A DNA stretch of 64,000 bases from Stellaceae bacterium (GTDB taxonomy: Bacteria; Pseudomonadota; Alphaproteobacteria; ATCC43930; CGMCC-115725): assembly GCA_052143095.1 (NCBI GenBank), contig JBKQTR010000165.1:8852-72851 (forward strand), written 5' to 3'. Below are positions 56,403 through 64,000 of this stretch, piece after piece. The notes under the pieces are model-generated. The model had not been told where the DNA came from. It made no database searches and saw only the letters and a list, made by a program, of their open reading frames with translations. A program made the position numbers and the translations under genes. Numbering within the stretch: the first letter of the stretch is position 1; each line of letters starts with the position of its first letter.

Positions 56403-57379
56403 CCTATGCAAATGCGCTCTGCCGCCTGCTGCCGCTCGCGATCGTTGCCGCGCTGGCTGCCGGCGCGGCCAGGGCGGAAACGGTGCTGGTGTCGAACGAG
56501 AAGGGCAACTCGATCACCGTGCTCGACGGCGCCTCGCTGAAGCTGATCAAGACCGTGCCGGTCGGGCAGCGGCCGCGCGGCATCGTGCTGTCGCAGGACA
56601 AGCGCACGCTCTATATCTGCGCCAGCGACGATGACGAGATCGAGCAGCTCGACCTCGACACCTACACCTTGAAGCAGCCGCTGCCGAGCGGCGCCGATCC
56701 CGAGACCTTCGCGCTGCATCCCGACGGCAAGCATCTCTACGTCTCGAACGAAGGCAACAGCCTAGTGTCGATCGTCGATATCGAGCAGCGCAAGATCGTC
56801 GGCGAGATCGCCGTCGGCGTCGAGCCCGAGGGCATGGGCATCAGCCCCGACGGCAACTGGATCGTCAACACCTCCGAGACCACCAACATGGCGCATTTCA
56901 TCGACAACACGACGCACAAGGTGGTGGCGAACGTGCTGGTCGACAGCCGCCCCCGCCGCGCCGTCTGGACCGCGGACGGCAAGGAGGTGTGGGTCTCCTC
57001 CGAGATCGGCGGCTCCGTCAGCGTCATCGATCCCGCCACGCACGCCATCACCCACAAGATCAGATTCGCCGTCTCGGGCGTGCCCAAGGAGGCGGTGCAG
57101 GCGGTGGGGATCGCCATTGCCGGGGATCGCAAGTTCGCCTTCGTCGCGCTCGGCCCCGCCAACCGCGTCGCGGTGGTGGATGCCGCGAGCTACGAGGTGA
57201 AGAAATACCTGCTGGTCGGGCAGCGCGTGTGGAACCTCGCCTTCAATCACGACGAGAGCCGCCTCTATACGACGAACGGGGTGAGCAACGATATCTCGGA
57301 GATCGACGTTCCCAATCTGCGCGTGCTGCAATCGGTACCGGTCGGCGCCGAGCCCTGGGGGGTGGTCGTGCGGCCATGA
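56387..57379 (+). CDS. YVTN-family beta-propeller repeat protein (PedA2/LutB-like)
   Basis: 330 aa from the in-frame ATG of ORF 56045..57379: MPFPLTYANALCRLLPLAIVAALAAGAARAETVLVSNEKGNSITVLD..; repeated ..P.GI..S.DG..LYV.N.. blades. Confidence 0.82.
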   Translation: MPFPLTYANALCRLLPLAIVAALAAGAARAETVLVSNEKGNSITVLDGASLKLIKTVPVGQRPRGIVLSQDKRTLYICASDDDEIEQLDLDTYTLKQPLPSGADPETFALHPDGKHLYVSNEGNSLVSIVDIEQRKIVGEIAVGVEPEGMGISPDGNWIVNTSETTNMAHFIDNTTHKVVANVLVDSRPRRAVWTADGKEVWVSSEIGGSVSVIDPATHAITHKIRFAVSGVPKEAVQAVGIAIAGDRKFAFVALGPANRVAVVDAASYEVKKYLLVGQRVWNLAFNHDESRLYTTNGVSNDISEIDVPNLRVLQSVPVGAEPWGVVVRP

Positions 57380-58179
57380 TCGAGGCCGGCGCCAGCCTGC
57401 CGCCGACGCCGCCGGAGCCCGCGGCCGCGCCGCCCGCTCGCGCCGGGGAGGCGGCGCTCGCCGTCGCGGATCTCAGCCACGCCTTCGGCGCGCGCGAGGT
57501 GTTGCGCCACGTATCCTTTGCCCTTCATCCCGGCGCGTTCACCGTGCTGCTCGGTCTTAACGGCGCCGGCAAGACGACGCTGTTCTCGCTCGTCACGCGG
57601 CTTTATGACCACCGCACCGGCGCCATCCGCATCTTCGGCGCCGAGATCAAGGAGCGCCCCTCCGAGGCGCTCGCCCGCATCGGCGTCGTCTTCCAGCAGC
57701 CGACCCTCGACCTCGACCTCACGCTTGCCCAGAACCTGCGGTATCACGCGGCGCTGCACGGGCTGCCGCGCCGGCTTGCCGCCGAGCGCATCGCCCGCGA
57801 GGTCGAGCGCGTCGGCTTGAGCGACCGGCTCGACCACAAGGTGCGGCAGCTGAGCGGCGGCCAGCGTCGCCGCGTCGAGATCGCGCGCGCGCTGCTGCAT
57901 CAGCCGAGCCTGCTGCTGCTCGACGAGCCTACCGTCGGCCTCGACATCGCCAGCCGCCAGTTCCTGCTCGACCATGTGCGCAGGCTCTGCCGCGAGGAGG
58001 GGCTGGCGGTGCTGTGGGCGACGCATCTCATCGACGAGGTCGACCCCGAGGGGCAGGTGATCGTGCTGCATCAGGGCCGCATCCTGGCGCAAGGCGCCGT
58101 CGGCGAGGTCGTCGCGGCGGCCGGCGCGAGCTCGATGCGCGCCGCCTTCGACGCGCTGACGCGGGGCGATGTGCCATGA
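57376..58179 (+). CDS. ABC transporter ATP-binding protein (PedB/LutE-like)
   Basis: 267 aa; ATGA overlap with the upstream stop; Walker A GLNGAGKTTLFS, signature LSGGQRRRVEIA, Walker B LLLLDEPTVGLD. Confidence 0.88.
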   Translation: MIEAGASLPPTPPEPAAAPPARAGEAALAVADLSHAFGAREVLRHVSFALHPGAFTVLLGLNGAGKTTLFSLVTRLYDHRTGAIRIFGAEIKERPSEALARIGVVFQQPTLDLDLTLAQNLRYHAALHGLPRRLAAERIAREVERVGLSDRLDHKVRQLSGGQRRRVEIARALLHQPSLLLLDEPTVGLDIASRQFLLDHVRRLCREEGLAVLWATHLIDEVDPEGQVIVLHQGRILAQGAVGEVVAAAGASSMRAAFDALTRGDVP

Positions 58180-58982
58180 GGCCGGCGCATTACTGGCGCT
58201 GTCTCGTCGGCGTGGTCGAGCGCGAGGGCTTGCGCTTCATCAACCAGCGCGGCCGGTTCGTCGCGGCGCTGGTGCGGCCGCTGGTCTGGCTGCTGATCTT
58301 CGCCACCGGCTTTCATTTCGTGCTCGGCGTCTCGATCATCCCGCCCTACCGCACCTATGTACCCTACGAGGTCTATATCGCGCCGGGGCTCATCGGCATG
58401 ATCCAGCTGTTCCAGGGCATGCAGAGCTCGCTCTCGATGGTCTATGACCGCGAGATGGGCAGCATGCGGACCTTGCTGGTGAGCCCGCTGCCGCGCTGGT
58501 ACCTGCTGGTGGCGAAGCTGCTCGCCGGCGTCATCGTCTCGGTGCTGCAGGCCTATGTCTTCCTCGCCATCGCCCGGTTCTGGGAGATCGAGCCGCCGGC
58601 GATCGGCTATCTCACGGTGCTTCCCGCCCTCATCCTCTCCGGCATGATGCTGGGCGCGCTGGGATTGCTGCTCTCCTCGGCGATCCGCCAGCTTGAGAAT
58701 TTCGCCGGGGTGATGAACTTCGTGATCTTCCCGATGTTCTTCGCCTCCTCGGCGCTCTACCCGCTCTGGCGCGTGCAGGAGGCGAGCCTGCCGCTCTACA
58801 CCATCTGCAGCCTCAACCCCTTCACCTATGCGGTCGAGCTCATCCGCTTCGCCCTCTACGGCCAGCTCGATTGGCTCTCGGCGGCGGTGGTGACGGCGGC
58901 GCTGCTGGTGTTCATGGCGCTGGCGATCTACGGCTACGATCCCGGGCGCGGCATGATGCTGCGCCGGGCGGCGGCAGAATGA
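58176..58982 (+). CDS. ABC-2 type permease (PedC/LutF-like)
   Basis: 268 aa; ATGA overlap; six hydrophobic segments; ..VVEREGLRFINQRGRFVAALVRPLVWLLIF... Confidence 0.85.
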   Translation: MRPAHYWRCLVGVVEREGLRFINQRGRFVAALVRPLVWLLIFATGFHFVLGVSIIPPYRTYVPYEVYIAPGLIGMIQLFQGMQSSLSMVYDREMGSMRTLLVSPLPRWYLLVAKLLAGVIVSVLQAYVFLAIARFWEIEPPAIGYLTVLPALILSGMMLGALGLLLSSAIRQLENFAGVMNFVIFPMFFASSALYPLWRVQEASLPLYTICSLNPFTYAVELIRFALYGQLDWLSAAVVTAALLVFMALAIYGYDPGRGMMLRRAAAE

Positions 58983-59593
58983 GGCGCGCGCTGCTGCTGC
59001 TGCTGCCCGCCGGGCTGGCGCTGCTCTGGGCCGCCGGCGCGGGCGCGGCATCGCCCGGCGCCGATCCCGACTGGCCCTGCCAGCAGGTGCTGGTGCCGGT
59101 GCTGAGCGCGGGGATGCTGTGGAATGGGCCGTCCCTCGAGAAGGCCGGCGACTGGCGCGGTGATCCCGAGGTGGCGGCGCTCGTCCGGCGCATCGCGCCG
59201 CGCGACGTCGCGGTCGACGAAGGCGAGGCCGCGATCGCCGCGTTCGTGAAGACGCTCGGCGCCGACAAGGCGGCGCGCGTGACGCGGGTCTTTGCCGGCC
59301 TTCTCGACGAGACCAACCGCGAGCGCGGCGAGGTGATCGGGCGCCTTAGGGATCTGGCGCAGCGGCAGCGCAATCTCGCAGGCCTCATCGACCGCCTCAC
59401 CACCGAGCTCGACGCCGCACCGTCCGAGCCGCAGGGCGACGCGGCTCGCGCGGAGTTGCAGCAGCGCTTGGATTTCACCTCACGCTCCTATGCCGAGATG
59501 CAGCGCACCATGCGCTATGCCTGCGAGGTGCCGCGGACGCTCGACGCGCGCCTCGGCGCCTACGCGCAGGCGCTCGCGGCGGCGCTGCCGTAA
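58979..59593 (+). CDS. exported hypothetical protein coupled to the ABC permease
   Basis: 204 aa; ATGA overlap with the permease stop; signal peptide MRRALLLLLPAGLALLWAAGAGAASP; ..DPDWPCQQVLVPVLSAGMLWNGP..; C-terminal coiled-coil-like region; second Cys in ..MRYACEVP... Confidence 0.6.
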   Translation: MRRALLLLLPAGLALLWAAGAGAASPGADPDWPCQQVLVPVLSAGMLWNGPSLEKAGDWRGDPEVAALVRRIAPRDVAVDEGEAAIAAFVKTLGADKAARVTRVFAGLLDETNRERGEVIGRLRDLAQRQRNLAGLIDRLTTELDAAPSEPQGDAARAELQQRLDFTSRSYAEMQRTMRYACEVPRTLDARLGAYAQALAAALP

Positions 59594-59597
59594 GGAT

Positions 59598-60140
59598 TCA
59601 CGGGCGGCCGGCGGCCGGCGTCGCCGCCTCGGTCGGCAGCTGCGCCGCCTCCCAGCCATCGGTGCCGTCGCGATACCAATAAAGATGGATGTAGCCGTAG
59701 CTCGCGGCGCGCTTGGCAGCGTTCCAGCTCATCCAGCAATCGGCAAGGCAATAGAACACGACGGGCCTCGATCTGTCGCCGCCGGTCGCTGCTGCGAGGC
59801 CGTCGCGGAAATAGCGCTCGAGCGCCGGGCTCAGCGCGCCGCGCCCGACCTCGGGCAGCCAGAGGCTGCCGGGGATGTCGCGCCGCGGCACCGGCTGCCA
59901 CAGCGCATCCGCCCGCAGCCCGTCCGGCCGCCGCGGCGCTGGCAGCACGTCGACAAAGACCGCGCGCCCCGCGCGCCATAGCGCCTCGGCCTCGGCGGTG
60001 GCGATGGCGCTGCCGCCGGCGATCGTGGCCGGCACCGGCGCGCGGTAAGCGTCAAGGCGATAGCCCGCAGGCTCCGGCGGCGCTTGCGCTGCAGCGGCGG
60101 TCGCGAGCAACGCCAGGGCGGCGGCAATCGCCGCGCGCAT
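59598..60140 (-). CDS. PQQ-dependent catabolism-associated CXXCW-motif (rhodanese-like) protein
   Basis: 180 aa; signal peptide; ..RPVVFYCLADCWMSWNAAKRAASYGY..LYWYRDGTDGW.. (CLADCW = CXXCW). Confidence 0.8.
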   Translation of the reverse strand: MRAAIAAALALLATAAAAQAPPEPAGYRLDAYRAPVPATIAGGSAIATAEAEALWRAGRAVFVDVLPAPRRPDGLRADALWQPVPRRDIPGSLWLPEVGRGALSPALERYFRDGLAAATGGDRSRPVVFYCLADCWMSWNAAKRAASYGYIHLYWYRDGTDGWEAAQLPTEAATPAAGRP

Positions 60141-60145
60141 GCGCG

Positions 60146-60979
60146 CTAAGGCGGCAGCGGCGCGCCCTGCTCGTCGAGGAGCGGCACGCCGTAGTCGCGC
60201 AGGATGACGGCGATCTCGTCGCGGTTCTTGGCGATCGCGCCGTTGATGCGGCGGCGCCAGTCGGGCTCGTTGTTCCTGACGCCCATGGCGATGTGATAGG
60301 CAAGGCGCGGCATGTCCGGCTCGTCATGCAGCTGCACCATCGCCAGCGGCAGCTTGTCGTGCTTGATGTAATAGCCGGCGAACGGACCCCACAGCATGCC
60401 GGCATCGATGGTGCCGTCGGCGATGTCGCTCAGCATCTGATGCGCGGGGGATTCGTAGCGCGTGTCGACGGTGAGCGCATAGGGCCGCGCATTCGCCATC
60501 AGCCCATGGCGCACCAGCAGATCGGAGGGCGGCGTGCCGCTGACGATGCCGAGATGGAGCGGTTTCAGCGCAGGGGCGTCGAGATCGGCGGCGAGCGGCT
60601 TGTCGGTGCGGAAGACCAGCATGTAGCTGGTGTAGTAATAGGGCGTGGTCGTCTGCATGAGCTCGTCGCCCGCCACCGTGCCCATGACGAGGTCGCAGCG
60701 TCCGGCCCCCAGCCCGTTGCGCACGAAGCCGATGATCTGCGGGATCCAGAAATACTTGACGGGCAGTGACAGATCGCGCCCGAGCAGCGCCGCGATCTTG
60801 TTCTCGAAGCCTTCGCCCTGCTCGTTGGAGAAGGGCAAATTGCTGGGGTCGCCGCAGATACGCAGCTCGCTGCGCGCCACGCCCTCGCCCGCGGGCGATT
60901 GCGCGGCGGCGGGAAGCAGTGCCGCCAGCGCCGCGACGATCGCTGCCGGCAGCAGGCGGAGCAGAGGGTGGATGGACAT
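60146..60979 (-). CDS. xoxJ: quinoprotein-dehydrogenase-associated periplasmic binding protein XoxJ/MoxJ
   Basis: 277 aa; signal peptide; ..LRICGDPSNLPFSNEQGEGFENKIAALLG... Position directly after the cytochrome gene. Confidence 0.82.
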   Translation of the reverse strand: MSIHPLLRLLPAAIVAALAALLPAAAQSPAGEGVARSELRICGDPSNLPFSNEQGEGFENKIAALLGRDLSLPVKYFWIPQIIGFVRNGLGAGRCDLVMGTVAGDELMQTTTPYYYTSYMLVFRTDKPLAADLDAPALKPLHLGIVSGTPPSDLLVRHGLMANARPYALTVDTRYESPAHQMLSDIADGTIDAGMLWGPFAGYYIKHDKLPLAMVQLHDEPDMPRLAYHIAMGVRNNEPDWRRRINGAIAKNRDEIAVILRDYGVPLLDEQGAPLPP

Positions 60980-61016
60980 GCGCTACCTCCTGGCCGGCGC
61001 CGCCGGCCGCAACCTC

Positions 61017-61445
61017 CTATTGCTCGATGCGCGGCGGACGCCCGCGGTCGAGCACGCCGTCCGAGCGCGCCTTCAGATAGGCGTAGATGTCGTCGAGATA
61101 GTACATGACATCCTCGACCTCGCCGAAGGGCGGCATCACCTTGTCGGCGGCGGCGTTGACGTCCGTGCGGCCGTTGACGACGACCTCCTTGAACTGATCC
61201 TCGCTGATATGCCTCAGCGAGTCCGTGAGATCGGGCGCATAGGAGCTGCCGGCGCCGTCGGGTCCGTGGCAGCGCAGGCAGGATTCGGTATAGCGCCGCC
61301 AACCATTGTAGGTGTGCTGGTCGACCTTGCCGTCCTTCACCGTATAGGGCTTCTCGCCGTTTTCATCCGCCGCCATGACGGCGGCACCGGCCCAGGCGAG
61401 CAGGCCGAGCCCGGCAAGCGCTGCACCGCACAGACGCCACCTCAT
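61017..61445 (-). CDS. xoxG: c-type cytochrome associated with XoxF (cytochrome cL-like)
   Basis: Heme site CLRCHG. Start set at MRWRLCGAALAGLGLLAWAGAAVMA (61445) because GGGAGG lies 6 nt upstream; the track start at 61478 sits inside the upstream hairpin tail. Confidence 0.85.
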   Translation of the reverse strand: MRWRLCGAALAGLGLLAWAGAAVMAADENGEKPYTVKDGKVDQHTYNGWRRYTESCLRCHGPDGAGSSYAPDLTDSLRHISEDQFKEVVVNGRTDVNAAADKVMPPFGEVEDVMYYLDDIYAYLKARSDGVLDRGRPPRIEQ

Positions 61446-61484
61446 CCGCATCCTCCCGCGACGCTCGTGGATTGGCATGGAGGC

Positions 61485-61529
61485 AACAGGAAAGAGGAGA
61501 CCGGCATCCCGGTATTGCCGGGATGCCGG
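61485..61529 (-). terminator. intercistronic stem-loop with U-rich tail between xoxF and xoxG
   Basis: Minus strand reads CCGGCAUCCCGG-CAAUA-CCGGGAUGCCGG (12-bp perfect stem, 61501-61529) followed by UCUCCUCUUUCCUGUU. A second 8-bp hairpin, GCGCCCGU..ACGGGCGC, lies just upstream. Confidence 0.55.
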
Positions 61530-61583
61530 CCGCCTCAGCCTTGGGGCATCGCGCCCGTCATCAGCACGGGCGCATGACGCCGA

Positions 61584-63365
61584 TCAGGGCAGCGCGAAGA
61601 CCGTCAGCGCGCCGCCGAGCTGGGTGTAGTTGGAGAGCGCCTTGTAGGCACCCACCGCGCCCAGACCGTCGGTGTCCTTGGTCAGACCTGCCGCCATGCC
61701 GATGCCGGCCCAGCCGCCGACGCCGGAGAGGACGGCGATGTACTGCTTGCCGCCGTGCTCATAGGTCATGACGTTGCCGATGATGCCGGACGGGGTCTTG
61801 TAGCGATAGAGCTCCTTGCCGGTCTTCTCATCGACCGCCTTCAGATAGCCCTCGAGCGTGCCGTAGAAGACGACGCCGCCGGCGGTGGCGAGCGCGCCGC
61901 CCCAGGCCGAGAAGGGCTCCGGATCCGACCACACGATCTTGCCGCTGCCAGCGTCCCAGGCGATGAAGTTGCCGAGGTTGGTGTCGCCCTTGGGCGGATA
62001 CATGTTGAGCGTCGCCCCGACATAGGGCTGGCCCGCGGTGTAGGTGACCTTGAACGGCTCGTAGTCCATGCAGACATGGTTGGTCGGCACGTAGAACAGC
62101 TTGGTCGTCGGCGAGAAGGCCGCCGGCTGCTGATCCTTCGAACCGAGTGCCGCGGGGCAGATGCCTTGGCTGTTGTGATCCGCGCCACCCGCCTGCGTGC
62201 TGTACTCCTTCACCACCTCCGGCCGGCCGGTCGCCATGTCGACATGGGTCGCCCAGTTGACCTTCGGATCGTACTTCTCGGCCACCAGCAGCTCGCCCGT
62301 CTCGCGGTTCAGCGTATAGCCGAAGCCGTTGCGGTCGAAATGCACGAGCGCCTTGGTCTCTTTCCCCTTCACGGGGATGTCGGCCAGGATCATCTCGTTG
62401 ATGCCGTCATAGTCCCACTCGTCATGCGGGGTCATCTGATAGACCCACTTGGCGACGCCGGTATCGGGATTGCGCGCGAAGATGGTCATCGACCACTTGT
62501 TGTCGCCGGGCCGCTGCGTCGGGTTCCACGTGCTCGGATTGCCCGATCCGTAATAGATCAGGTTGAGCTGCGGATCATAGGAGTACCACCCCCAAGTCGC
62601 GCCGCCGCCGATCTTCCACTGATCGCCCTGCCAGGTGGCGGTCGAGGAGTTGGCGCCGACCGGCTTGCCCATCGCCGTCGTCTTGGCGTCGAACAGGATC
62701 TGGTCGTCGGGACCGACCGAGTAGGCGATCCAGGCCCTCTTGCCGTCCTTGAGCTCATAGGCGGTGACGCGGCCTTGCACGCCGAACTCGCCGCCGCTGA
62801 TGCCGACGATGACCTTGTCCTTCACGACCATCGGCGCGGAGGTCATGGTCTCGCCCTTCTTCGGGTCGCCGTTCTGGACCTTCCAAACTTCCTTGCCGGT
62901 CTTGGCATCAAGCGCCACCACGCTCGCATCCGCCTGGTCGAGAATGATCTTTCCGTCGCCATAGGCGACGCCGCGGTTGACCGTGTCGCAGCACATGACG
63001 GGGATGACCGTCGGATCCTGGCGCGGCTCGTACTTCCACATGATCCGGCCGTTGTCCTTGAGGTCGAGGGCGAACACGATGTTCGGGAACGGCGTGTGAA
63101 CATACATGACATCGCCGACCACCAGCGGGGCGCCCTCATGCCCGCGCAGCACGCCGGTCGAGAAGCTCCAGACCGGATGCAGATTCTGCACGTTCTGCGC
63201 GGTGATCTGCTTCAGCTCGCTGTAACGGTGATTGTCGTAGGTGCCTGTCGGCATCACCCACTGGTTCGGGTCCTTCTCCAGTTTCAACAGCTCGTCATTC
63301 GCCAGCGCCCCGCTCATCGGCAGGACGATGGCAGCGGCAACCAAAAGGTAACCTCTGGGTTTCAT
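61584..63365 (-). CDS. xoxF: PQQ-dependent methanol/ethanol dehydrogenase, XoxF (lanthanide) type
   Basis: 593 aa; signal peptide [24 protein letters not shown]; vicinal Cys ..[11 protein letters not shown]..; ..[14 protein letters not shown].. has Asp two residues after the catalytic Asp (D-Y-D), the lanthanide-coordinating signature. Confidence 0.93.
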   Translation of the reverse strand: MKPRGYLLVAAAIVLPMSGALANDELLKLEKDPNQWVMPTGTYDNHRYSELKQITAQNVQNLHPVWSFSTGVLRGHEGAPLVVGDVMYVHTPFPNIVFALDLKDNGRIMWKYEPRQDPTVIPVMCCDTVNRGVAYGDGKIILDQADASVVALDAKTGKEVWKVQNGDPKKGETMTSAPMVVKDKVIVGISGGEFGVQGRVTAYELKDGKRAWIAYSVGPDDQILFDAKTTAMGKPVGANSSTATWQGDQWKIGGGATWGWYSYDPQLNLIYYGSGNPSTWNPTQRPGDNKWSMTIFARNPDTGVAKWVYQMTPHDEWDYDGINEMILADIPVKGKETKALVHFDRNGFGYTLNRETGELLVAEKYDPKVNWATHVDMATGRPEVVKEYSTQAGGADHNSQGICPAALGSKDQQPAAFSPTTKLFYVPTNHVCMDYEPFKVTYTAGQPYVGATLNMYPPKGDTNLGNFIAWDAGSGKIVWSDPEPFSAWGGALATAGGVVFYGTLEGYLKAVDEKTGKELYRYKTPSGIIGNVMTYEHGGKQYIAVLSGVGGWAGIGMAAGLTKDTDGLGAVGAYKALSNYTQLGGALTVFALP

Positions 63366-63626
63366 CGCTTCCCTCCCTTACGTCTTTTGCGTAGCTGCTC
63401 TACCGCGTAGCTGCACAGTGGCAGCGGCCCAGCCGAGGCGGTCGCGGAGGTCGCGTCCTAAAGGACGCTGCTAAAGCGGCTAAGGTAAATATTAAGCGCA
63501 CTAGAACGTGTCGCACAAGCACATTGAAAGTTTATGTGGTCAATCTTCCGTGCGACGGCGTGAATTGCGACAGCGCACGATAACGACTCCCGCCGGCGCG
63601 CGCGCGTCCCACGCACCATCCCACGA
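63366..63626 (-). promoter_or_regulatory. xoxF upstream region with tandem direct repeats and palindromes
   Basis: GCGTAGCTGC occurs twice (63389-63398, 63405-63414; 16-bp period) just upstream of the RBS. Palindrome GCGTCC-TAAA-GGACGC at about 63448-63463. AT-rich nested inverted repeat GTCGCAC..CACAT-N9-ATGTG..GTGCGAC at about 63510-63557. Candidate -10 TAATAT on the minus strand. Confidence 0.4.
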
Positions 63627-64000
63627 TCACGGCGCGACGAGCAACTCGCCGCGTCCCGCTACCGCCGCATCGCCGGCAAAGCGCCGCAGCTTCCCGAGGC
63701 GCCGCGCCAGCTCGGCAAGGCCAAGCGCGGCGAGGTGGCGCCGGAGCAGCCGCAGGAACACGAGATCGTGCACGCCGCAATCGACGAAGCCCGCGCCGAT
63801 GCGTGGGGCGCCGCCTAGCGCGATGATGCTGCCGCGCCGCATGGCGGCGCCGGCATAGGCGCCGACCGCGCCGCCGACGAGGATGGTGCCGGCGAGCATT
63901 TCGGCGCCGCACCCCGCGCCGGCGCTGCCGAGAATGACCACGAGCCCACGCCGCAGCGTCGCGCCGGCGGCGTCGCCGGCATCGCCCGCGACGATGACGA
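63627..64000 (-). CDS. GXGXG-repeat protein of the FwdC/FhcC/GltB-C-terminal family, partial (N-terminus off the right edge)
   Basis: ORF 63627..63941 continues upstream in frame to the window edge: ..GDAGDAAGATLRRGLVVILGSAGAGCGAEMLAGTILVGGAVGAYAGAAMRRGSIIALGG... Not followed by fhcD, so an FhcC assignment is not secure. Confidence 0.6.
   Translation of the reverse strand, partial: VIVAGDAGDAAGATLRRGLVVILGSAGAGCGAEMLAGTILVGGAVGAYAGAAMRRGSIIALGGAPRIGAGFVDCGVHDLVFLRLLRRHLAALGLAELARRLGKLRRFAGDAAVAGRGELLVAP

Noticed and set aside
54972-56411. 479-aa minus-strand ORF opposite the substrate-binding protein, and 61755..63410(+) opposite xoxF
   Set aside because: Antisense shadows of strongly supported genes.
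63627-64000. Assignment as fhcC of the formyltransferase/hydrolase complex
   Set aside because: The GXGXG repeat family is clear. However, in characterised methylotrophs fhcC is followed by fhcD, whereas here the next gene is xoxF. Glutamate-synthase-like or N-methylglutamate-synthase subunits share the fold, so I kept the call at family level.

Overview
High-GC (roughly 68-70% by eye) alphaproteobacterial chromosome segment with Rhizobiales/Hyphomicrobiales-type synteny and methylotroph markers. No rRNA, CRISPR array, integrase, transposase or reverse transcriptase was recognised. (1) 1-11.1 kb, minus strand: PAS histidine kinase (partial), ahcY, a five-gene translationally coupled regulatory PTS operon (hprK-rapZ-EIIA(Man)-HPr-EI), and chvG-chvI. 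(2) 11.2-15 kb: an AraC/MFS pair, a GIY-YIG nuclease gene bracketed by inverted copies of a structured MITE-like repeat, and a HugZ-like gene. These lie between chvI and pckA, which are normally neighbours. (3) 15-26.8 kb, housekeeping: pckA, hydrolase, oxidoreductase, divergent Nramp, polA, zinc-finger protein, ABC ATPase, lipoprotein hydrolase, mepA, tRNA-Arg(CCG). (4) 26.8-47.1 kb: a lower-GC, heterogeneous flexible region directly after the tRNA. It holds esterases, an LvaABC-like ACAD/kinase module, many short orphan ORFs including four copies of a small helical protein, VOC, ArsR-SRPBCC-cytochrome b561, LysE/AraC, an LLM monooxygenase, a frameshifted Fe-S/SCP2 gene with MarR, and a ~200-nt ORF-free, highly structured segment. 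(5) 47.2-54.9 kb: Slt, nitroreductase, NDH-2-like, a low-GC SH3b gene, phasin with TGC-N3-GCA boxes, folP with an N-terminal extension, and a secreted pentapeptide-repeat protein. (6) 55.2-64 kb, a lanthanide-type methanol oxidation block: a PedA1A2BC/Lut-like ABC system plus an uncharacterised fifth gene, convergent with CXXCW-xoxJ-xoxG-xoxF (XoxF carries the D-Y-D lanthanide signature), then a partial FwdC/FhcC-like gene. Most long ORFs on the opposite strand of these genes are high-GC antisense shadows. All calls rest on motif reading of the supplied translations and my own hand translation. No database search was run.
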